NCBI GenBank assembly: GCA_903813345.2
Contig: CAIIXF020000001.1
Coordinates: 6,138,001-6,202,000 of the forward strand
Reading direction: 5' to 3'
Source of the DNA: Owenia fusiformis
Lineage: Eukaryota
DNA length: 64,000 nt
Shown here: piece after piece, positions 24,941-37,200 of the stretch
Position numbering within the stretch: position 1 is the first letter of the stretch
Layout of the letters: every line of letters begins with the position of its first letter
Program-made: the position numbers and the translations under genes
The notes under the pieces: generated by a model
What the model was told of the DNA's origin: nothing
What the model saw: the letters and a program-made list of their open reading frames with translations, nothing else
The model's database searches: none

Positions 24941-27022
24941 CTAGGCATGTTCAGTGATAATTTCAAGGTCATTTGGTCTGTTTTGATCGATGTCCTTTTT
25001 CGACTGCACGTCTATGTCTCCATCTACATCGAAATCCATAGAGAACGAAACACGTCTCCCCATCATTCCTTTGTTGTTTGTAATTATTGTTTTGGAAGAA
25101 TCACTGTTTTCCCCATCATCATCGTTTTTTGTATCATCGTTTTCTTCCCCGTCCCACTGCGTAGACTCATTGTATGCTACAATGCTTCTCCTTGCAGCAT
25201 CATTGTATGCTACAATGCTCCTCCTTACAGCATCATTGTATGCCCCACTTCCCCATGCAGCAAGCATATCGTCCGTACTATAGACCCGATTCTACAAATC
25301 AAATCATGAGACTCATCTGAATATGTCAAATACTTGACATGATACAGAAAATGCATATTTTTGTGTACATCTCGATTCGCTGATAAATAGTATAGTTTCC
25401 ATATAGCTTTTGAAATCTCGCTAAATCTCGTTTTTCGTGAGATTTTAAGATACTTGCATATTAGACCTCTAATGACTTACATTACCTACTTTTAAATGGC
25501 ATTTTTGAATTCAGTGAAATGTTTTCTCCTATAATAGGTTTGATTTACACAGTTACGTATGTAATTTGAATAATTTTCTATGACAATTTTTAAAAAAAAC
25601 TTGGGCCAAGTCTCCATAGATGCAATGCTAAAATTCTTTAAAACCTTGGATTATTTGTATGCCAATCAACATTTCGATGTTTAATCACAACATGTACATA
25701 AACAGGGTCATCATGTGGTATATCATTCAAGTTTTATACAGATTCAACTAGCACACTTTCAAATTATGAAATTAAGCCATTTTTCCAAGATTTTAGCATG
25801 TAAGTGAACGGAACTCTAGCCCAAATTAAAAGTTGAATAAAAGATGGCAGCACTAGATTTCATTGATTTTTCTGCTATTTAGAAACTATCCTATTGAACA
25901 ACACCGAATAGTCGTTTCCCATAAACCCTGTCATTGCATTTGCTACATCAAGGAATTTTTTATATTGGCCAGATTCATGATATCATATTTTGTAGATAAC
26001 CCAGTTTCTAAGTAAAACTATTCCTAAAAAACCATTGTTTGGTTACCTACAATTTATGTCATCGTCATTCCGGCCAATATAGCTTATTGAGTGTACCAAA
26101 GTGGTTTATGGTACACCACAGGTGAAGTGGTTTATTGTAACACTATACAATAGATGATTAGATATGTTTGATTAAAATTGATGACGCTAAACGAATTTGC
26201 CTTTAATACTGAATTCAGAGGCTTATATCAGCACTAGCATTTGGTGTCATCTAGCCAGCGGCAGCAATGGTACAAAATGTTTTTCTAAAATGTTAGTTCA
26301 AATGTCAAAATGATACCATGGCACCAGAATGAGTATGATCAAATATTAGACAAAACTTTCATTAACTAATTATAACAATAAAAGATAGTTATAAACTAAT
26401 TAAAGTGGATTACCAGGAATGTGTTAGAATCTGATTGAGTAGTTCCGATGCTAGACAATGAAGCGATGTGCTTCAGTTTAGCCCCCTCACTGAGGCACCA
26501 GAGACACCAGCCACGTGCCAAGAAATGCTTCTTCAAAATTCCGAGGAAGCAAAGAAATATAATGAACACTATGGACAGGATAAGCAACTCCAACGCTAGA
26601 ATATTTTGTTCTCTCAGAAATTCCGGATCAACTGGAACAATCAATTTAATTTTGTATCAATAATATTCAAAAACAACATTGTTCTTTTGAATGGGATAGC
26701 ATGATAGAGGCCAAATAAAAAATAAAAAATATAGTTTATGAATTCATTATCTAAATTGGCAACATAACGTTGGAAGAAATCATTTAAATAAACATACAAA
26801 TATGCCCACTACCATCAAAAATTAATTCATTAATCTGAATAAATGTATAATTTGATATTTGTAAGATTTGGATTTTGAAGAGAAACGTTTGGCTGCCAAG
26901 ATACCTTTATAGTCTCTGCCTGAGGCTTCGGAATTGTCAATAACGGAACCGTCTGTGTCCTCTTGGATATTATTAGGCTCCTTTCCAACAACCGCTTCGC
27001 TATCATCAACCAGATGGGACAT
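24941..27022 (-). CDS. Uncharacterised single-pass membrane protein, ~228 aa
   Basis: Exons 26905-27022, 26414-26631 and 24941-25291 join in frame through GT-AG junctions (phase 1, then phase 0). Acidic N-terminus, hydrophobic segment ILALELLILSIVFIIFLCFLGIL followed by KKH and a WCLWC motif, then an acidic tail with an 11-aa repeat AYNDA(V/A)RRSIV. The 5' end is less certain. Confidence 0.7.
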
Positions 27023-27823
27023 TGTTGGACACTCCTTTAGATCTGTTTAATTTGTCTTTCAAATATCGCTTTGGTGTATATTTGTTTTAAACAATTTGGT
27101 AATGACCCAGATGAAGACTCGGTGTTTTGTAGAATTATCTTTCCAAATTGTAGGTATTGTGTCTAGGTAGTGTTTTTCAAAGATGTTAACCTTCTTGTAT
27201 TGAAAATGCAATCTTATGTCTCAATATGCAACGAATTCTATTCAACATGCCTTACTACTCAGATACCAAGGGTATATATAAAATTGTATTATTGTAATGT
27301 AAAAAACAAATGGCAGGAGAGAAGTGCAGGTTCAAGAGGAAATAAAATACATTGTACCTAGTTTGACGTTGTACGAAATTCACTGTCAAGAAAAACCCTT
27401 TTGTCGAGAGACAATAAAAACAAGCAATAAAATCGGTATTAAAATTATTTCAACACTATAGGATCGGGGCTGATCGAGTGCAAATGATTTCAATAATTAA
27501 ATCTTTAACTAAGGGCATTTCAGACCATATATACAACCGTTTATTTTTACTAATGCATTCAAGGTGTAACGTTTGATTTCAATTGTTGAGATTGAGATAA
27601 TATGTGGACTTATCAACGGTGATTCTCTCTTTATGTAAAACTATGCCTTCCAACTAATTATATTTGATTAAATTAATTTATAACAATGATCAATTATTAT
27701 CTTTCTCCATAGGGATTCTCTGGATTTTTGATATTCGACGATGGGCGGCATCATTATAAGCCACATGCAAATATACTGACTCACACGACCTAGCCAACAG
27801 TATATAGATATAATAAATAACGA

Positions 27824-27829
27824 TTTATT
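27824..27829 (-). terminator. Candidate polyadenylation signal of the micro-exon gene
   Basis: Minus-strand AATAAA ~420 nt after the stop at 28248. Another lies at 28122-28127. Confidence 0.4.
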
Positions 27830-28247
27830 TCACATAAATTACATAAAAACACAGTCTTAAAAGTATGTTAATGGAAATATATACAAGGAATGAAGATGAA
27901 AAGTACATACAAAATTGTGATGATGACTTATCACCAGTACATGGTAACAGTTATTAACAAAATTCACAGTGTCTAGAACTAATATTTTCTACACATCTGC
28001 ACATCTGCATGTTGAATGGGTTAATGTTGCACTTTGTTATTCATTCGAATCGAAAGCAATTCACATTGTATTTTAACAGTACTTATAGAGATTTGTACCG
28101 ACATGTAGGATTCACATCCGTTTTATTGTCATATACACAGATCGCCAATTGAAATAAAGTAAATTGCATGTTTTTTTTGGGATTGATGAGTAATTATATA
28201 GATACAGTGATGTACATGTACTGTAGTCCGTATCTTGTGATTTGTCG

Positions 28248-31200
28248 TTAACCCCAAGGATCCTCGTCGTCGGAATCCTCCTGAAAAACAATAAACAAAT
28301 AACAAAATTTATGTTTATAAAATTACCCATTGTTATATAATGATTAACTTAGATACATTATGCATGATGGAACCTAATATGATGTGAGTTTTCAATGAAA
28401 ACATTAAAACATGAGCTCGAATTCCCAATTGGACATTAGGACAATGTGCGTTTGATAAGGATCTCTTAGACACTTTGGTATTGCATCCACTATGTAAACT
28501 AACAAAGATGATAACAATTAATTATGTATCCTCACCCAAGCCTTTTTCCTTCTAAAGGTAGCCCTTTCTTCCACCTTCTTTACTGGTTCAGGCTAAAACG
28601 AAAAAATCAAGTGTATATGTGAGCACTAGAAAAAGGATTGTTTCAATGTTGAGCTTTAATAGACTAGATGCGAGTAGAAATAATCTTGATTTACGTCATC
28701 AAAAATTCAAACTTCAGTCAAACTGATGTCATATTTGGAATCTACATGTAGAATTACATCTAGAAGTGTGGTTTTGAAGAGTTTATCAACTTTGAAAATT
28801 TAATTGTCTTGGAAAATGGGACTTCTAGGTCGGGGGATTCCCCATAGAGCCCATGTTGTAAAATCACAAAAAGTGAAATATCTTTTCTAGTGTTGGGCAG
28901 ATAATATTTTCTTTTACTGGGCATATTTTAATTTGTATAACTATCAGATACAAAAGAGTAATATGAAAAGTGAACCACTAAAACTGATGAATATTCAAGT
29001 TTAAGGGGATTTTGTAATACCATGCCATGTTATTTCCCCCGACTCAGCCTCCTGGTGGCGAAACTGGTAACTACCTACTCGCATCTGAGTAATTAAACAT
29101 GTTTAACACGTTGCAACAAGTAGTTTACTGACCGTTTTCTCTTTAGGTGGTGGCGTCGGTTCTTTCGGTGGAGGTGTTGGCTCTTTAGGTGGTGGCGTCG
29201 GTTCTTTCGATGGAGGTGTTGGCTCTTTAGGTGGTGGAGTTGGCTCCTTTACTGTCTCTGGTTCTTTCGTTTCCTCGTCGTCACTATCCTCCTATGTATA
29301 TACGATGTTATCAAAATATGATGCCAAGACAACAGTACATAGTTGATGTGGTAAAATATAACAGCCCATACGAAATGATCAATTCTGACAATATGAAAAC
29401 ATTTTTCATATTTTGATGAACATGGATAGTATATATACAGGGTGGTCCAAAACAAAAACGCTCCAAAAATGAAATAATTTCTTTTATGCATATATAATCA
29501 GCTTCATTTTTCATGTACAGAAACTACAATCTATGGTTGACAATGTGAGATCAAATTCATAACACAACATTCAATATCCTTCTTGTTGTGGTCAATTAAA
29601 AAATATGCCGACTTTTGAAAGAAAAGAAAATGTAAAATTTTCGTGTCAACCAAGTGGTCAACATCGTTTGTTTAAACCCATCACATTCTTTTGGCTTCTT
29701 GTTAAGCTGCATTTTGTCAGTATAGAGGTTGAGATCTTTAATGAGGAAGTGTCCCAGCAACCTTTAAGCCATCTTTAGGCATGGCTGCACCTTCTGAGTG
29801 ATATTTTGGACACATTCTAAGATCATCAATGATATCACGATCACAAATAATCAATTTTGTGTAACAGACTTGATATCATATTATCATCCATATATTTTAG
29901 TTTATGCACATAACAAATTGGGTTGATAGGATGGGTATTTAAGAATATTACACTTTGAAAGGGTTTTGTCTTTTAGGGTCACCGTGTAGATGGTTATAGC
30001 TATAATATCAAGAGCGAAATTGGCTCGGAAGGAATATTCCTTTAACGCAATATCAAATAGAAACTGAATAAACCATATGCAAAACATTACATGGATATCC
30101 TATTTATATTGTCCAATGATCATCGCAATGGTCTCTTTGTGACATTATATATATTTTAATCAGACATATTTTCATGAATTAGTTATCACTGAAATAGAAG
30201 TAGAAGCAAAATAAGACAATGCATAAGCATGAAAAGATGTCACCTCCTTGTAAGTTGTTGCAAATGGTTAAAATGTTAAGTCCACTTATTTGTTGCCATG
30301 GTAACATTTCACGTCAATGAGATTGCATTTGTCAGTTACAGAATACAGATATATGAGAAGTGCTTTAAGAAAAATAATCTGTTTTCATGGTAATATATAT
30401 TCATTGCCATGGTATCTGAACCGGTCAAAAACGTCAAAAATATGTTAAAAGTCGTAACATATCTAAATGTGTTGACAATAAAAGATTCCATGTGAACACT
30501 ACTTCTTAAAAATAAATTATTGCAAATGGTTACATAATGTTACAGGTCTACTGATATGTTGACATGGTAACGTGCATTGGCAGAGATGTATCATGTATTG
30601 GAATACATGAATCGTTTATAAATGTTCACAGTAAAACCTTGAGGTCAGTCTAAACAGTACTTGTTACTCTACTTCTTAAATCATTGCAAATGGTTACTAA
30701 ATGTTACACGTTCACTTCTTTGTAACAATTGTAATATATATTGGACAGAAATGTGTTGGAACTTATAACATGTTTATATGCGTTCACAGTAGACAATTTG
30801 AAGTCAATCTAAATTGTGCTTGTTTAGTTATTGGAAGAATTTGTTACAGACGAACGCTAACCATCGTCCACAAAAAGTTGCAAACTATAACAATATGACA
30901 CCACTTCTGATGATGACATAAAAATGAGAAGAAGCCTTCCCGAAATCTACACGTTAGTATTTCTTATATTTCTTGTGATAAGTAACATAAAGTTTTAGCA
31001 GCGAAATGCAAATTATATATATAACCTGTAACTTATAATTGATTATACGAGGGCCATCCAACATGTTCTGTTTGTTAGTACCTTATGCTTTGGTCACATT
31101 TGCTCCGATTTTCACTACGGAGCCCGGCCGATTGAGTATTTTGTCCAAAACTGAATAGAATTTTGAGCAAAATACTCAATCGGCCGGGCGCCGGCCGATG

Positions 31201-34200
31201 GATCGGAGCAAGTGTGACCAAGGCATTTAAGGGTAACCCATATCACTGTGTAATGACCTCTGCCTGTTTATGTGCCACATGTATAATATAGATCGTCACG
31301 GATTTATCAAAGGGAGATTTTTCTATTGACAAATCAATTTCACATTTTATTGGAGGTGAAGTTTCAGAATCTTCTTTTTGTGTTAAATGGGAAAAATTGA
31401 TCTGTAGATTTATTAGCACAACACATTAGCACAACACATGGCATTATGAAATGTACTGTAAATGCAACAAGGTCGTTTGGATTTATATTGCACGAGGATT
31501 TATATTGGCTGATGCTTATGCACCCTTTGGATAATCCACTCTCTCAAAGTTTATTGTAAACTTTCTGACGACTTGTTTTATCTTCAAGACGACTTCCATA
31601 AACTGGAATTTACAGAACTCCCCTAATTTCTTCAAAATAGACTGATCCATTACACTAACCTTGAGCTGCCATATTCTTTTTATACGGGAAGCTTATCGTA
31701 ACCCTAAGTCTACACATTTTCCTACATATCATGAAATACGGTAGAGGTCAAAACACTAACCATTACATCATTGTAAATTAAGTTACCGTTTCGTTTAATT
31801 GACAATTCGTCCAACGTTTTGAAACTTTCAGTAATTATTCTCTTTTTGAATAGTGTGGCGATCTGTATTAACATTTTTTTTAAATTCCAGACACCAAAGG
31901 CTAAAACATATTTTGAACGGCCATCGTATTGAAAAGTTAAAGCTCTATTATTAGATATTTGGATAATATTAGTAGATACACATTCTTTGGGACGTTTGTG
32001 ATTAGATATATCTAAAGCAATTAAATTACAACTAATTAAATAATTTGTATTTTGATGTTACTTTGTTATATTTATCTTACCCATGGTTTCTTCTTTCTAA
32101 ACGTGACCTAAAACGTTATAGTTTGAACAAATCATCATTAGATATTATATTAAGTAAATCAGAGAGTCGAATCAATTATTTTCAATAATACATTTCCTAT
32201 TTCCTTTCTAAGAAGTGCTGATATTATTAGGTACCTTTTCTTCTTCCTTCTTTTCTTCTTTGGGCTCTTCTTTTACATCTTCCTCCTCATCAGAATCGTC
32301 CTATATGAGAAAAGGATTAATATAATGATTTCAGCTATAGAGCTGGTTAATATGATATCTGACCGAGATTACATGTAAATCACTTTTATTCCAAAGAGTG
32401 ACACACGAGGATAACTCCAACTAGCGCATACCATTTTTCTCTATACCATTCCCCTTTTCACATTTTTAGACCTATCATAAATAAATATTTGTTTGAAGTT
32501 TTAAGGTACAACAAACATACTACATTTCCATAAATATATGGGGAACCTACTCGACAGTTTACTGTTATGGTAAGTACAAGGGTTGTTCAAAAGGTTTTAC
32601 ACAAATATATATTATATCTCACCCAGGGATTCTTCTTTTTAAATGCAACCTTTTCTGGTTCCTTATCCTACAAAAAATGACAAAGGTCAGAACTAGAAAT
32701 TCTATTGGCGTTTCAATCCTGTGATATCAGACAACATGAATGCAATTTCATTTTATGGAATTAATAATACCACATGTCTTCACATACTTCTTTGGCATCG
32801 TCCTTAGTTTCTTCATCCCGTGGTTCCTTGTCTTTAGTTTCATCTTCCTCATCGGAATCATCCTGCATTGTATTGACAAGCTATGATTATAATACATGGT
32901 GCTGATTAGGGTATTCACAAAAAGCTAGATATATTTCATCTTCTGGCCAATCGATATGCAAAATAGTTAACCTATCATTAAAGAAGCACGGGTGATTAAA
33001 TTCACTCGATTTCTGTATACTGATTTCTGTGTTGTCCGTTACCTAAATGCATTGGTTCAAAGACTGTGAACAAAATCAATGGTCAGTGCATTAAATCTCA
33101 AAGCATTAGGTCTATATCCTTGAACATAGTTGGTTAGTTAGTTACAAACAGGAAAATCATATTGAAGTTAAACAAATTTGAGATTTTTCTGTGCAATCTA
33201 TTATCTTCTCGTTTAGAAAAAATACCAAAACGGGTTACCCATGGTTGCTTCCTCTTTTTGAATATAGTCTTTTCGGGTTCCTAAATCAAAATAAAGAACA
33301 CATGCAGGTGAGTACAATCCCAAACACTCTCATGCTTATGGCTATATGCTGAATTCCAGAGAAGAATTATGTGGAAATAATACCCAAGTCATATTGCACA
33401 TAGAGTGCATTTTATTGTAAATACTCTTTTTGCTGCATATTTGGCAACTATGCAACAGTATGGGTATTTACACTACCCTTCATAGGTTTGGCAACCTTAC
33501 CTCCCCATTGAACTACGTGTTAAAGCCTCGTTACGTTTGAATTTTTATTTACTTGCGATGAAATAACTTATAATGTTGATGGAAACCTAACTTGACTTTA
33601 TTTCCAATACCTCCAAATTTTCCCATTTTTCCTCGATTACAATAAGTCGAAAATTGATGATGGGAAATTATGGGTTCGGGCAAATGGGAAATCAGGATAT
33701 CTATTCAGTAAAAGATTCAGCAAAAAATATTTTTATATAGAACTATCTAACTTTTTTTAACTTTGTTGATCCTGAAGAAAGGTATCATTTTTTTTGTTAA
33801 ATAAATTTAGCAAATTCAATTGCCTACGTATAACTTGTTTTTTTTGCAAGGACTCAGAGTGATGGATATTCTGTCATATGACTTGCGGTAAACCTACCAT
33901 TTCCCATTGGTTAACATGGGAATGTCGTTTTTCAAAAATTTATCAAAATCATAATGTTCGACCTATTGTAATTGAGAAAATTTGGAGGTATTGACAATAA
34001 AGTCAAATTACGTTTCCATCAATAGTATAAGTACTCTCATTGCAGGTTAAGTAAATAAAAATTCAAAGGTAAAGAGGCTTTAACATGTAGTTCAATGGGG
34101 GAGCTAAGGTTGCCAAACTTATGGAGGGGAGTGCATATTTTTACTCTGTATTGCTGGTGGTATCGGGAGAAACAGCACACATATTTTTTTAATAAACCAT

Positions 34201-37200
34201 GGCACACACACATCACATTTTAGAAATTGTACTCAGAAACAGAATTCCATGACTCATATATATATATATATGCGTTGTCTAAAACATAATATGCGTTATA
34301 TAAAATCCATACATCGACATAGTGTGCAACGTAATCTTAGAAATAATTTCCCATATACTGAATCTCTTTTGCCCCCACCCATAGATGTGAGCTTTCAAGA
34401 TTGATAATATTGGTAGAGATGCAGTTCATATGATCTAACACTCGATAAAGGATTGGTATCGATATGGTGAGGAACACACGTTTCTATTAAACCAGTCATT
34501 AAAAAAATGTTTACACATCGTCAATTTAGTGGTCATGTTTTGAATGGTAACAATATAATTTGAAATATTTTTTCTCAATATTGTTTTAGAAAACACATCG
34601 GTCACTTCTTTTGTTCCTGGTATCATATGCTGCAACTGCACTAAAAACAAAAAATGTTAACAAAAACAGTTATATAAAATATATACAAATAATTTTCGCA
34701 TTAAATTGTCGTCAATCAGTCAACATTAAACAAAGGACCGTGTTTTGTAACAGAATGTTTTCAATAATTGGTTTAAGAGAAAAATATTGCTGAATACAAT
34801 TCACCATACCGATACCAATCCTTTGTCATTAACCTACACATGACTACAAATACTTCAATAGACGACCGTGTGATTTGTTCATTTACACATTAAATTGAGG
34901 AGAAACACAAAGCAGGTGATAAAACAAAGACAAGTCATACATTTTGCATATATTTTAGATTATGCAAAATGATGGCTCAGAACTACAAAACAATACACCA
35001 ACGTTAGATTCCTATATACTCGCTACTTTGATTTTTACGAAGATAAAAATCACATCATTCATGCCAAAAAAAAGAATAAAAAAGAGATGCTAAAACGTTT
35101 TTAAAGACTATCGACTATATACCAGGTATATGTTAAGATGAAACGAATGGTGGACATGTAACAATTGCAATTGACAAGAGAAACTAGTGAATATTAGCAG
35201 GAATATGATAAAGGACATTTATTTTAAAATGGAGTGAGGACAGAAACTACGCCAGTATAATGGGTAAATTCGTATAAGTGTTGTAATATAACAGGGGCGG
35301 ATCTGGGAACCAACAAGGGGGGGAGGCCCAAATTTCAGGTCAGAGAAAAAATCGTCCGCGAAATTTTGGGCCCTTAAAACCCAAAAGTGGGCCCAAATTT
35401 TGAAATTTTGAGGCCCATTTTCTTCAAAATTTGGCCTGAAATTAAAAAATAAGGCCTGAAAGGCCCAGTAATGACCAAAGAGGCCCACTTTTTGGGGCCT
35501 GAAGGCCTTTTTTGGCCCCAAATTTTTTTAGGGCCCAATTGTTTTTTTCTGGGCCCACCCAAGGGGGGGGGGGGGGGCCGGGCCCCCAGGCCCCCCCTAA
35601 TCCGCCAGTGTATAAACTGACTAGAGAAGTTCGTAGTTTCCATGAAGTAACCTACTAAAGGAGATACTGCTTCGTATTGGTTGTCTACATACCTTTTTAG
35701 ATTCCCCCTGCTGCTCTCCCTTTACCTCTTCTTTTGGTAGGTCATCTTTGGTCTCTTCATCATCCGAATCGTCCTGCAATAAATGAACACACCGTTAAAT
35801 ATCTGAATATACGATGAACACTGGATTATGATTCTGCAAACGGTTCAGCTCGTTAGACGCTATATAAATAAGTAATTTCTTATCAATTTTAATAAATCAG
35901 CGTCTCGATGAATATACTTGTTTTTCTTCTTTTATATAAATAAGTATATATACTGTTTACATAGAATATAGCTCACTTTAGTTTGTAACTCAAATGTTGA
36001 CATCCAAATACAATGACCAATATATTTTTAAAGTACGGATCTACAATAAAACAATTACCCAGGGTTCTTTCTTCTTTTTGAACATGGTTTTTTCTGGTTC
36101 CTACAGTAAAATTTACGTCAATAAGGCAGAGGTAAAGCAGCTAAACAAACTGACATTATATGCCTATACCACCAAATGTGATTTCTAGTAAATTGTACAT
36201 TTTATAGTAATCAATTTGGTGAAATAGATATAATATACATGGTAGGAAGGTTGGCATAATGTAAATGTATAAACATTTTAAGAATATAATTTACATGTAT
36301 ACCCAAAGCAAGTTACAAATCATGATCAATTGATTGAATTCACACACGATTTTAATGTAAGGCAATTAATTATACTTCTAAGCTATTTTATTGAAAATGC
36401 AAATGGTTAAACGTTATGATACCGATTGATTTCAAAAATCTTTGTTCATAGCAATCTATTTGCCTTTTTTGGTTCCTCTTTCGGCTCATCCTTAATTTTT
36501 TCACTCGGTTCCTCATTTGACTCCTCTGCTTTTGATTCATCCTCTTTCTCCACATCTTCTTTTGCATCTTCTTCATCAGAATCTTCCTGTTTTTGCACCA
36601 ATGTAATACATTTTACAAAGTGATTATGATTACTCTCGAGTGCAGTATATATAACCAAAGCATGGAATAATGTTTATAAAATATCAAACATATTAGACTA
36701 GAATTTGCATGTAGAAAAATCAGAAATCATCTAGCGAGCATCCAAAACGGTGATTACTGATTACTGAGTTAATGTATATCTGAATGGGTGTTGAGATATA
36801 CCAAGTAAATAGATGTCAAAATACGATTTTTGGTCAAATAAAATATTGGAAGTATTAAAGATTTGAAAATTAATTCCATGTGTTTTCCATTTTATCTTTT
36901 GCTTATTAATTTAAATGGGTTTATAAGAGTTCATCAACTCTTTTGGTGAGCTCTGTGATATGTGGGGGTCAAACGTTGTTTATCTGGAATAAGGCCAAGA
37001 TGTTTGTAATGATCGACTCTATGGAAAACATTATTTCCAATTTTAAAGTTATGAATTTAGAATTCACATTTTCCTGGGTTTGAGAATATTATGTTTTTAC
37101 TTTTAGAAGCCTTGGAATTCATTGTCCATGTCTCAGACCATTGTAAAATTTTGTTATTTTTTGTTTAAATCAGAATATAGTTGGTATAGAGATACATCAT

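Noticed and set aside
35219-35643. GC-rich ORFs of 89-100 aa
   Set aside because: They lie within the GC-rich MITE at 35292-35610 and are spurious.
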